DNA of 55,037 bases from positions 1 to 55,037 of IMG/VR virus record IMGVR_UViG_3300005253_003498. The stretch is one strand, 5' to 3'. Positions 1 to 8,202 of the stretch are shown here, in pieces. The notes beneath the pieces were generated by a model. It made no database searches and had not been told where the DNA came from. It saw nothing but the letters and a program-made list of their open reading frames with translations. The translations under genes and the position numbers were made by a program. Within the stretch, counting starts at the first letter, position 1. Each line of letters opens with the position of its first letter. The stretch is from a virus. Lineage: Duplodnaviria > Caudoviricetes.

Positions 1-84
1 GCCCATTCCTGAATTAGCAGCCTCCTTCGCATATTGTGCCAACTCTTCCACCTGAAAGACGTGTAATTGTTTCTCGCTATTCAT
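1..84 (-). CDS. Partial hypothetical protein (runs off the window edge)
   Basis: ATG at 84 preceded by GAAAGGGAG; open frame MNSEKQLHVFQVEELAQYAKE to the window start. Confidence 0.35.
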   Translation of the reverse strand, partial: MNSEKQLHVFQVEELAQYAKEAANSGMG

Positions 85-145
85 TACTGGATCTCCCTTT
101 CTCTTTCTCTTTCTCTTTCTCTTTTCCTGCGGGCTGGTAAAACGG

Positions 146-340
146 TTAGGGTTTTTTAACTGGCAACTCTACTACTTCTGTTTTCCCCATTCTCCGCATC
201 CAGTTCACTAAATTAGCAATCTTCTGTCCTTTGAATTTCCTAATAATAGGTGAGGTGTCCATAATAGTTTCATTGTTGATTTGTGCAAACACCGTCATTC
301 GCTTATTAGATAACCAGAGCCTTTGCCCTTGCTTTTTCAT
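146..340 (-). CDS. Hypothetical protein, paralog of 35863..36072
   Basis: Shares LSNxRMTV...PI(I/V)R(K/R)F(K/R)GQ...W(M)xRMGKT with ORF 35863..36072. Confidence 0.7.
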   Translation of the reverse strand: MKKQGQRLWLSNKRMTVFAQINNETIMDTSPIIRKFKGQKIANLVNWMRRMGKTEVVELPVKKP

Positions 341-735
341 AAGTTCTTTGTGTTTACTGTGCCCCGGGCATTCAGACTCTTGGTTTTTACTGGCTGTGTC
401 GTTGTAATATCCCTAGTCCTTGCTGTTCCCAATGTAGTTAACCTTCTGGTATTCGGCTGCTCGGCAGCATGTAGGCCTACTGTGTTAACTCTACCATCGG
501 CCTCTAGCCTTTTAGTCTGTACGTTGGTTCCGATTGGTAGGGATCGAGTAGGGAGATCGGTAAAGATTGGGGTTACTTTATTAGCCGGAGGAAAGTAGCT
601 ACCAGGGAAGTAGGATATTGGAAAGTAGTGGGGCGGGAATGGACCGCCTACTATTATTACTATTACTGCTAGATAATTACCTGGGAAGTAGCGGGGCGCA
701 AAGTAATGGGAAGGAAAGTATCGAACTGGGAACAT
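337..735 (-). CDS. Hypothetical protein with repeated YFP motifs
   Basis: N-terminal repeats RYFPSHYFAPRYFPGNY and HYFPISYFPGSYFPP; tightly packed in the operon. Confidence 0.6.
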   Translation of the reverse strand: MFPVRYFPSHYFAPRYFPGNYLAVIVIIVGGPFPPHYFPISYFPGSYFPPANKVTPIFTDLPTRSLPIGTNVQTKRLEADGRVNTVGLHAAEQPNTRRLTTLGTARTRDITTTQPVKTKSLNARGTVNTKNL

Positions 736-738
736 GGG

Positions 739-975
739 TTAGTTGAGCTTGCTGAGTACCTTAATATCAGTGAGTAATACCCATAGGGTTTTTTGTCCAC
801 ACCAATCCCCCTTGAGTTTTACAGCTCGACCATCCAGGCTCCACTCCACGATTATTGCATCTAGATATCGCCACCACCCAATGAATTTCTTACATCGTAT
901 CAATACTTTGGTCCCTGCTGGATAGAACGCAGGTGCATCCTGTATTCGAGGTGGCCTGCCTTTTTCATATATCAT
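739..975 (-). CDS. Small hypothetical protein
   Basis: Overlapping start/stop; WSxDGxAV motif shared with 972..1226. Confidence 0.55.
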   Translation of the reverse strand: MIYEKGRPPRIQDAPAFYPAGTKVLIRCKKFIGWWRYLDAIIVEWSLDGRAVKLKGDWCGQKTLWVLLTDIKVLSKLN

Positions 976-1226
976 CTATCTTCTATCTTCCTCGGGCTGT
1001 TGTTGGGTGTAGTTAATATCGAAAAATTAGTGAATATCTTGGCAAATTCCCATGTATCTTTCGTTTGCCCTACATATCCTAACAACACAGCCTTGCCATC
1101 AGCAGACCATGCTTTGACTACACTGAGCCGCCGTTCGTTTCTGCTAATACAATTCCACTGGTTTACCGTTAGGATATGGGTCAAAAGGCTTGAGCCAACA
1201 GGAGCAATTTTCCAATGAAGCTTCAT
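972..1226 (-). CDS. Small hypothetical protein
   Basis: RBS GGGGAAG; WSADGKAV motif shared with the neighbouring gene. Confidence 0.55.
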   Translation of the reverse strand: MKLHWKIAPVGSSLLTHILTVNQWNCISRNERRLSVVKAWSADGKAVLLGYVGQTKDTWEFAKIFTNFSILTTPNNSPRKIEDR

Positions 1227-1245
1227 ATTCTTCCCCTTCCCTCTA

Positions 1246-2163
1246 TTAGGTTGATGGATTCACAACCACACTGGTACGATTACCTGCGCTGTCCACTGTA
1301 GCTGTAATCCTGTTGGTGCCGGCATTATCCATAGCTGCGATGGTAACTGTATTAGTAGCTGCCCCTGCTAGCTTGCCGGCCATAGCAGAGCCCATTAACT
1401 GTACAGATTGTCTAGCGTCTAACCCAGTTTCAATTATCTGGGTCCACACTGCCTTTGCTACAGAAGCCGCGATCACATCTACTGTATCACCTACTGCCAT
1501 GGTGAATACTCCAGGGTCTTTAATTAACACTACCGTTTTGGATGACCCAGTATAGGCAGAGCATAAACCTACAGCTTTTTGAGTAGCAGTAATAGAGTCT
1601 TCAATGATAATTAGACAACCGATATAGGCATTATCATCTGCTGAACCGGCCGTTAGTGTGAAACTGGTTTGCGATGCCAATGTAGCAATGGTAGTATTTT
1701 GTAAGGTGGTGGGTACTGATGTTGTACCTAGGAGGGTATCGAGATCCAACCCGCCCACATCGCTTATTGGTAACCCTCCAGCAGCATCGGCCGCGGCATT
1801 AGGTAGAGCCGTCATTCCACCACGAACAGCATCATCCAGATCCATTGCGTGCTGTGCCGCGGCATTACCATACGTCTCAATTACAAGCACTTTGTCCAGC
1901 CACACCTTCGTCGCGGTTTGGTCTACAACGTAAACGACGATCTCTGCGGCCTGCATCTCGCCCGCAGTTAGGGTGATAGAGTAGCCCTTGCCCTCATCAG
2001 CAAACCCGTTGGTAGTGTTTTGCTCGGCCCCCCCGTCTTTCACTCTCGTGGAGTCCCCCGCTGCATGAACGGCATCCACGCGGAAGTCCACGCCGTCCAC
2101 CTCATACAACTCGAAGGGGATCGTAGCCGCAACGCCGTACTTGCGTAGATGCACACCTTGCAT
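1246..2163 (-). CDS. Putative virion structural / fibre-like protein
   Basis: A/T/G/V/D-rich, beta-strand-like sequence; late-operon position. Confidence 0.5.
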   Translation of the reverse strand: MQGVHLRKYGVAATIPFELYEVDGVDFRVDAVHAAGDSTRVKDGGAEQNTTNGFADEGKGYSITLTAGEMQAAEIVVYVVDQTATKVWLDKVLVIETYGNAAAQHAMDLDDAVRGGMTALPNAAADAAGGLPISDVGGLDLDTLLGTTSVPTTLQNTTIATLASQTSFTLTAGSADDNAYIGCLIIIEDSITATQKAVGLCSAYTGSSKTVVLIKDPGVFTMAVGDTVDVIAASVAKAVWTQIIETGLDARQSVQLMGSAMAGKLAGAATNTVTIAAMDNAGTNRITATVDSAGNRTSVVVNPST

Positions 2164-3158
2164 TATGCCACCTCCATTCGTCGCCGGAGAACTGCGATGC
2201 TGGCCGCCGGCGGCGCTGACAACTCATCGGCTCCAATATCCGGCGTCGTCCCGTCCCGCGCTTCCCCGTCGATGTCCGTGCCGCTACCGAGCGACGCGAT
2301 CCCGCCGGCTAGAGCGACGTTGTTGTACGTGCCGTGCTCCAGGTCGACGAGGTGATAGTCTTCGCTGCCTGCTGTTTTGTTGACGAAGGCGACGTAATCC
2401 TTGGTCGGCGTATCGCCCGTTTCTAGAAATTCAGCATCGTTAACACCCCCGCCAACATCATCCCACTCGGTAACCGCCGTCAGGTCTTCAGCAATGTTCG
2501 CTCCGTGGTTGCCGGTGCCAGCGGACGCATCGAAGTAATCCTCGCTCGAAGTGTTCACCGAGATATTGTTGGCGGCCGTCCCGTTATCTTCGGGGAGGAT
2601 GCCAAAGGAGCCGCCGATCACGGTATTGTGGACAATCGTGTTGTTGGAGAGCCTGGCATCTATGCCGAATGTCGTGTGACCGTAGATGAAACAATCTTGC
2701 ACGACCATGGTGATACCGGCCGTGGCAATCTCGATGTTTCGACTAGTTGCCGTGCCCCGCTTCTCAAAGATGCTCCGTGTCAGGGTATACACAGATCCCG
2801 TATCCTGTCCCAACGTATTCTGATCGCTGCCGGCGGTTTGCTCGAGCACCATATCTTCGATGGTGAAATTCGCCCCGTTGGCGTTGTACCAAAAGATCAC
2901 TCTATCGGTGTGCTTCAGGGCGGCACCTGATCCGGCGACGTTCCGCGACGTGCCGTTGTGCCCGGCACTCGCCTGCGGCTTGATGATGAAGGCCGTCGCC
3001 ACCATCGTTCCATCGTTAGCGAGCAACTGTCCGTCAATGTATTCATCCGCTACCAGAGCGGTATGAATACCCGTCACGGACTTCTTGGCGTCGAGCCACG
3101 CCTGCATGGTGGTGTAATCGCCACCGGATGCCTGGATGTCAGAGGTAGAGTCAGCCAC
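2163..3158 (-). CDS. Putative right-handed beta-helix (pectin-lyase-like) virion / receptor-binding protein
   Basis: Asn-ladder motifs (IVHNTVIG, AANNISVN), DYHL and C-terminal DIDGEAR..PDIGADE typical of beta-helix proteins. Confidence 0.55.
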   Translation of the reverse strand: MADSTSDIQASGGDYTTMQAWLDAKKSVTGIHTALVADEYIDGQLLANDGTMVATAFIIKPQASAGHNGTSRNVAGSGAALKHTDRVIFWYNANGANFTIEDMVLEQTAGSDQNTLGQDTGSVYTLTRSIFEKRGTATSRNIEIATAGITMVVQDCFIYGHTTFGIDARLSNNTIVHNTVIGGSFGILPEDNGTAANNISVNTSSEDYFDASAGTGNHGANIAEDLTAVTEWDDVGGGVNDAEFLETGDTPTKDYVAFVNKTAGSEDYHLVDLEHGTYNNVALAGGIASLGSGTDIDGEARDGTTPDIGADELSAPPAASIAVLRRRMEVA

Positions 3159-3561
3159 TCTTTCTCTCCACTATGTGCGCTCGGACCTCGCCGACGTTCC
3201 GTTGAACCTTTCCATCGTCTGCCAACTCGGCTATCCTTGTGCCCGTGTTCACCATGGCATCGAAGTCAATCAGCCCCTTGCTGTTGTGGTGAATGGTGAT
3301 TATTTGCTTGGGCAATCCATCAGCGAGGTCGATCGGTCCATCGCGATAGGTCACGATCGGGTCGGCAAGCGCCGTAGCCTCTTCAATGCTCAACCCCTCC
3401 AAGTCAACAATCACGAACGTGTCCGGCCAATCGTCGACGTTGCCGTGTTTGAGGCGATACTGTGCCTTGTCCTCCATTGTCCCGAACACCCAGCCATCCG
3501 GCTTGGCGACGGAAATCTGACCCAGGTCCGGGCCGTTGGCGAATACTAATAAACGTGCCAT
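3151..3561 (-). CDS. Hypothetical protein
   Basis: Packed against the downstream gene in the operon. Confidence 0.6.
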   Translation of the reverse strand: MARLLVFANGPDLGQISVAKPDGWVFGTMEDKAQYRLKHGNVDDWPDTFVIVDLEGLSIEEATALADPIVTYRDGPIDLADGLPKQIITIHHNSKGLIDFDAMVNTGTRIAELADDGKVQRNVGEVRAHIVERKSG

Positions 3562-3612
3562 CTGTCTGAGAATTGTCCTATTTGCGTGTGCTTTTCAGCT
3601 TCCCAACTTGCG

Positions 3613-3840
3613 TCACTCGCTTGTCAGTTGTGCGACCTTGACAGTCAATTTAGCAATCTCCACGCTATGCTCATCCAGCCTTTCCCAGATTCGCAAACGC
3701 TCATTGTAATTGCGATCCACACGATCTGACAGGCTTTCGACCTGTGTACACAACGAGCGAAGTTTACCGTAGACGGCTCCAAATCCGACAACCAAGAACA
3801 AGCCGGCGGCAACCCATTCGCCCCAAGGCTCCAGTCCCAT
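3613..3840 (-). CDS. Holin-like small membrane protein
   Basis: One N-terminal hydrophobic helix (WVAAGLFLVVGFGAVYG) followed by a coiled coil; RBS AGAGAGGG. Confidence 0.45.
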   Translation of the reverse strand: MGLEPWGEWVAAGLFLVVGFGAVYGKLRSLCTQVESLSDRVDRNYNERLRIWERLDEHSVEIAKLTVKVAQLTSE

Positions 3841-3857
3841 GACACAACCCTCTCTTG

Positions 3858-5093
3858 TTACTTGCCGTCAAGCGACTTCTTTAGCTGGTCGACCGCGGCG
3901 GCTTCCGTCTTGATCTCCGCACTGAGGTCTTCGGCGCTCCGCTTGGCCCCCATTTCGGACGCGGCCGCCTGGGCCCGCGACTCTCTGACTCGCTCGACTG
4001 CACGTCCAAGAAATACGGACGGCCGAAAGCGGTGCAAGGCGCTCTCCTCGCCATTGCCGGCTTGCTTGCGTCGACGGGCCATACCACGCAACAGCAGCAC
4101 GCCACCGGCCACTGCCAACACGATCCAACCGGAGGCTGCGGTACCCGTGGCCACCAAGCCGCCGGTAGTAGAATGCTCCCCGCGCATGGCCGACATCACA
4201 CCGATCGACAGAAAGCCGACCAGTCGTTTATCGCGAGTGACCACGATCGCAGGGGTGTCGGAACGGCGAACGAACGGATACTGCTCAATCGAATCTTCCC
4301 ACTTCACCGTGCGGATCTTCAGTTGTAGATCGTATTTCTCACGCAGCCGCTCGATCATTTTCTCGGCGGCCTTGGCCTTGAGCTTCTCACCGAGACCTTC
4401 CGGGTCGATGATCAAAATCACTTCGGGATACTCAGCGTATTCACCGGCGTCCGGTGCGTCATCGGGAGCCAAGTCAGGTACGTCGGGGATCAGCGGCGAG
4501 AGGTCCGGGATGTACGGCGAAAGGTCTGGTCGATAAGGCGGCGGTGTTGGCCGATAACGATCATCCGGCGGCCCCCGGAAAAACCGTTTCACGAACGCCC
4601 GAATCTTCGCGAGCAGTCGCTTCACCAGACCCTTGGCATCCCCGTCGTAGCCGGTCATCCTATCGACGGTTTGAAACGGGAAGACGTTTGATCCTTGCGG
4701 CGGATACAAAACCAACGTCGGGTAGCCACTGATCTTGAATCTCTGAAACCGAAACCGCTGGCTTCGGCTACTGGTCGAGTAGACATTGAAATGACACCAG
4801 TCCGAAATGGCTTTCAGTGACGGGTCCTCCTGAAGGTCTCGTTTCAGCCGCTCGCAGGCGGAACAACCCGACTGCGTAAAAAGCGCCAGGTGCCACTTTC
4901 CGGAGTCGTCCAGAGGAACACTCTGAAGAACCGCTCCAACGTCCGGATAGTTCTCAATCCCGGCCACCCCCAGGACCTCGACACCATTGCCGTAGCTTTT
5001 CACGTCATCGAAATCAACGCCTTGACTGTAGCAGTCGTGCGAGTGGCAACCGATGAGTAACATCACTGCTACCACAAAAACGATTCTCTTCAT
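3858..5093 (-). CDS. Thioredoxin-fold lipoprotein with a C-terminal TM helix
   Basis: Start reassigned to MKRIVFVVAVMLLIGC (lipobox-like, RBS AAGGAGG); FTQSGCSACERLK CxxC and ISGYPTL cis-Pro loop; Pro/Asp linker; second Trx-like domain; TM WIVLAVAGGVLLL. Confidence 0.7.
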   Translation of the reverse strand: MKRIVFVVAVMLLIGCHSHDCYSQGVDFDDVKSYGNGVEVLGVAGIENYPDVGAVLQSVPLDDSGKWHLALFTQSGCSACERLKRDLQEDPSLKAISDWCHFNVYSTSSRSQRFRFQRFKISGYPTLVLYPPQGSNVFPFQTVDRMTGYDGDAKGLVKRLLAKIRAFVKRFFRGPPDDRYRPTPPPYRPDLSPYIPDLSPLIPDVPDLAPDDAPDAGEYAEYPEVILIIDPEGLGEKLKAKAAEKMIERLREKYDLQLKIRTVKWEDSIEQYPFVRRSDTPAIVVTRDKRLVGFLSIGVMSAMRGEHSTTGGLVATGTAASGWIVLAVAGGVLLLRGMARRRKQAGNGEESALHRFRPSVFLGRAVERVRESRAQAAASEMGAKRSAEDLSAEIKTEAAAVDQLKKSLDGK

Positions 5094-5106
5094 CGCTTCA
5101 TCCTCC

Positions 5107-5316
5107 TTAAGGTCTTGGTGCATTTGTTGACTTGTCGCAATCTATTTCCAACTGCGCTGTTCTTGACTCTAATCTCATCAATCTATCTTCTATTTCTTCT
5201 TTTTGCGCTCCAAGATCACTACCAATTCTAGGACCACAACAGAAGAACAGTACTACCACCAGCAGCAGCAGACGCTCCACCATTAGAAACACTAAGTACG
5301 TCTTTCTCACAATCAC
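5107..5316 (-). CDS. Small membrane protein with a coiled coil
   Basis: GTG overlaps the upstream stop; TM LLLLVVVLFF followed by a heptad-rich tail. Confidence 0.5.
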   Translation of the reverse strand: MIVRKTYLVFLMVERLLLLVVVLFFCCGPRIGSDLGAQKEEIEDRLMRLESRTAQLEIDCDKSTNAPRP

Positions 5317-5996
5317 TTCTCCCACCACGGATAGTACACCGGCGGTTGATTGGCCGGGATCGGTCCTCGCAGGATCACCACCCATGGATAATGCTTTTGA
5401 GTAAACTCGGCCCGCGAATACCAATCCACTCGTTGTGGAGTGTTGTTGTCGCAAACCGCGAATCTCTGACCGTCCGTAGACATCCCCACGGCGGTGACCA
5501 TGTGACCCTTCCCCCATTGAACCGCACAACCACGACCGGTCTTCAAGGCCCACTCAATCCACGGCATTGTGTTACCAGTGACGTTGTACGCTGGGATCCC
5601 GCGCGCGTTGCAGTACGCCCGCACACGCGAGGGCCCAGCCCCGCCACGGACGCGCGAGCCGTATTGAGAATTCCACAACAGCATTTCGGCTGCTCCGATA
5701 TTCATGTTCACGCCAACCATTCCGATTGCACACTGAACACAAGAGCCGTCGGAGTTCCAGAATCGCTGACGTTGTTCTACCGGGATGTCAAGTGCTAGAA
5801 AGTCAGCGCCAAAGCACTGCCCAGCCAGAACCGCCACAAGCAGCAGTACGACGGTGGCGGTAGCCAGACTATGCCGCCACTTTAGGCCGCAAGCCCGCGA
5901 CAAAATCACCGCCGCAGCAACGAGAAGTACCGCGTCGAACAACATAGATAAAACCAGCCATCTGTGGTTATCCATCATTGCATCCTCTTGATACAC
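5313..5996 (-). CDS. Membrane-anchored C39-like cysteine peptidase
   Basis: Two TM segments, then DGSCVQCA (Cys), GHMVTAVG (His) and VCDNN (Asp). Confidence 0.6.
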   Translation of the reverse strand: MYQEDAMMDNHRWLVLSMLFDAVLLVAAAVILSRACGLKWRHSLATATVVLLLVAVLAGQCFGADFLALDIPVEQRQRFWNSDGSCVQCAIGMVGVNMNIGAAEMLLWNSQYGSRVRGGAGPSRVRAYCNARGIPAYNVTGNTMPWIEWALKTGRGCAVQWGKGHMVTAVGMSTDGQRFAVCDNNTPQRVDWYSRAEFTQKHYPWVVILRGPIPANQPPVYYPWWEK

Positions 5997-6595
5997 TTAA
6001 CAACTTGTTCGGTGGTGAAATAGAGCGTATACAGATACCTGAAAAACAACGATCTTGCCAAGTCACCGGGTGTCGTTGCATACGCCGGCGTATTACAGAC
6101 TGGATCAACTCCGCCGGCCGTATCAGCTATAACTCTTGCCATTGAGCAGTGAGGGGCGCAATAGCCGTTGGCTTCGTCGTCAAGTGATGGGGTCACCAGC
6201 AACCGTACAAGCGGAACGTAGGATAGACCCACGTGGAGGATGTTACCGTAACCATACGGCCTGGAGATCAGCTTTCGCATCTCAGCAACAGCCAGATCCG
6301 GCTTGTAAGAGAATCTCCCGCCAGCGTTTGGAAAAAAGACATCCATACGGCCTGGATAATCTTGGACATACCTCCAAAGCGGGTAACGAAGACCGCCCTT
6401 CCATTGAAGCATTTCGAGCGACCAGACAGACCCTGCATCATCAACCTCAACAGTTCCTGCATGACAGTAGATTGTGCGGTCTCCTCCAGAGATGATGCGA
6501 TTTATCGGTTCCCAGCGGCCGCGCCGCCATAGCAACAGAGACGCATTAGGAATCGCATCACGAATCGCACTGAATACTACGGGATTGACTATCAT
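5975..6595 (-). CDS. Permuted papain-like NlpC/P60 (YiiX/YebB-type) enzyme
   Basis: His (YCHAG) precedes Cys (HCSM), with PYGY and TPGDL motifs. Confidence 0.65.
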   Translation of the reverse strand: MIVNPVVFSAIRDAIPNASLLLWRRGRWEPINRIISGGDRTIYCHAGTVEVDDAGSVWSLEMLQWKGGLRYPLWRYVQDYPGRMDVFFPNAGGRFSYKPDLAVAEMRKLISRPYGYGNILHVGLSYVPLVRLLVTPSLDDEANGYCAPHCSMARVIADTAGGVDPVCNTPAYATTPGDLARSLFFRYLYTLYFTTEQVVKCIKRMQ

Positions 6596-6597
6596 AG

Positions 6598-6963
6598 CTA
6601 AGCCAGTGCCGGGAGTTCATTGCTGTATCGAATCAGTCCTACCTTCCGCCGAAAAACTCTACCCTTCACGTCAGGTATTTTGCTGAAGGAAACCACTTGC
6701 TTGAGATCTACCGGCGGAGAAGCCAAGTCATCCTTCTTCCCGAGCCACATAATGCTTCCTACCGTCACGTCTTGATTAACAACAACAACAGCATCCAGCG
6801 CTATTGTGTTACCATTCGGATCTACAGCCTCCTGCAGTCCTTCTTGCCACCGCACAGTTATCTCCGTAGCGGCGTCTACCTTCGGCTCGCCGAAGTCGTC
6901 GAATCCATTTGCAGCCCACAAGACCGCTTTCTGATGCCGAGATATAGTCTCTATTGGAGGCAC
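6598..6963 (-). CDS. Head closure / head-tail joining protein
   Basis: DDFGEP motif and beta-rich composition; position after the adaptor. Confidence 0.6.
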   Translation of the reverse strand: MPPIETISRHQKAVLWAANGFDDFGEPKVDAATEITVRWQEGLQEAVDPNGNTIALDAVVVVNQDVTVGSIMWLGKKDDLASPPVDLKQVVSFSKIPDVKGRVFRRKVGLIRYSNELPALA

Positions 6964-7127
6964 TACTTTGCTCCCTCGATCTCTTGTTTCAGAGTGTATA
7001 GCGCAGCAGCTTGATTGTTAATCACCTGCCCTAAGTGCTCAACCTGTCTCCTCAGACTCTCCATCTGGTTGGTCAGGTTGTAGATCCCTGATTTCAAACT
7101 CTGTTCCTCTTCCTCAGTCAAGGGCAT
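6963..7127 (-). CDS. 54-aa coiled-coil protein (not in the ORF track)
   Basis: Translated by hand: MPLTEEEEQSLKSGIYNLTNQMESLRRQVEHLGQVINNQAAALYTLKQEIEGAK; fills the gap exactly with 1-nt overlaps. Confidence 0.6.
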   Translation of the reverse strand: MPLTEEEEQSLKSGIYNLTNQMESLRRQVEHLGQVINNQAAALYTLKQEIEGAK

Positions 7128-7531
7128 CAGTCTCTATCCCTATAGGCTGTCTGCTCGCTTGGAGGCAAGCCTGCCCAGACCAAACTAGGCACCGTCTTAC
7201 CAAGCGCCGCAAGCGTTCCTGAAACATCTAACTGCTTTGCCGTCTGCCCCCAGTAAGTTGAGTCCAGGGCCATTGCCGTCTGGCCTTGGAACTTCGCACT
7301 TGCATCTTCAGTTTTCTTCTCGATGTACTGAGGGTCTTTGATTGCGTAGAAATGTGCGGCCAGCCACTTCTCAATCTCAACCAACAGCGCGGCATTCAGC
7401 ACGCCGCCAGAATCCTGAGCAGAAACATGATCCGTCAGGGCTGTAGCTATGTTAAGAAACGGGGCAATACTGATAGCCTCATCAGTATCAACTATGCCTC
7501 TAACATCTTCCTCCGTCACGCGCCAAGCCAT
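7127..7531 (-). CDS. Head-tail adaptor (DUF4054-like)
   Basis: WLAAHF and LDSTYWGQ..LD motifs typical of adaptors; position after the capsid gene. Confidence 0.65.
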   Translation of the reverse strand: MAWRVTEEDVRGIVDTDEAISIAPFLNIATALTDHVSAQDSGGVLNAALLVEIEKWLAAHFYAIKDPQYIEKKTEDASAKFQGQTAMALDSTYWGQTAKQLDVSGTLAALGKTVPSLVWAGLPPSEQTAYRDRD

Positions 7532-7563
7532 CAGAAGTGCTCCTATGGAACGTGTGAAGGGGG

Positions 7564-8118
7564 TCAGGCATACGTCGTCCGAATTGCCTCTATGATTTCA
7601 TCCTTCAAGTGGGCGTCACCTAAGTCGATTTCCTCTTGCTCCGCAAGCGCCCTAAGATCAGCAACAGTCATACGATTCAGGTTGCTAACAGGATCGTCAA
7701 TAGACTGAATCGTAGACAGCATCTCAAACTTCTGCCCTGAAGGGGTATTGTGCTTACTCAGGTCCTTATCCGTCTCGATGATATCACCGGTATAGTAGAC
7801 TCCATCACCCTCGACACGTTCTATACCAGGAACCTCAACAAGCGCGATGGGTTTCACAGTCTTGTCCTGCAAAACTCCCCTGAGAATCTTCCACGTAGTC
7901 TTAGCAGACTTGTCGATGGGTTGAAACGTAGATACCCTTTCAAACCTTTGCCCTCCAGGGGTATTGTGTTGACTCAGATCCTTATCCGTCTCAACAACAT
8001 CCCCTGCGTAATACTCCCCATCGCCCTCTACCCGCTTCACACCAGGAACATCAACCAACGAAACAGGCTTTACAGTCTTATCCTGCATGACCCCTCTAAG
8101 AACTTTCCACTCAGCCAT
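7564..8118 (-). CDS. Protein with an internal tandem domain duplication and a C-terminal Rho-N/HeH-like motif
   Basis: Two copies of WK(V/I)LRGV..QDKTVKP...ETDKDLS.HNTP.GQ.FE; C-terminal LNRMTVADLRALAEQEEIDL...KDEIIEAI. Confidence 0.65.
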   Translation of the reverse strand: MAEWKVLRGVMQDKTVKPVSLVDVPGVKRVEGDGEYYAGDVVETDKDLSQHNTPGGQRFERVSTFQPIDKSAKTTWKILRGVLQDKTVKPIALVEVPGIERVEGDGVYYTGDIIETDKDLSKHNTPSGQKFEMLSTIQSIDDPVSNLNRMTVADLRALAEQEEIDLGDAHLKDEIIEAIRTTYA

Positions 8119-8152
8119 GGTATTGCTCCAATTACTAAAAGACAAGTCAACA

Positions 8153-8192
8153 GAAAATTCCCTTGTAGCTGCTACCCCGAGCCAGCTACAAG
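8153..8192 (-). terminator. Likely intrinsic terminator after the capsid gene
   Basis: 10-bp stem CTTGTAGCTG/CAGCTACAAG followed by AATTTTCT on the minus strand. Confidence 0.5.
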
Positions 8193-8202
8193 AGGGGTGA
8201 TA

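Noticed and set aside
97-126. (TTTCTC)n short tandem repeat
   Set aside because: Only about four to five units in a purine-rich leader; no evidence of function or phase variation.
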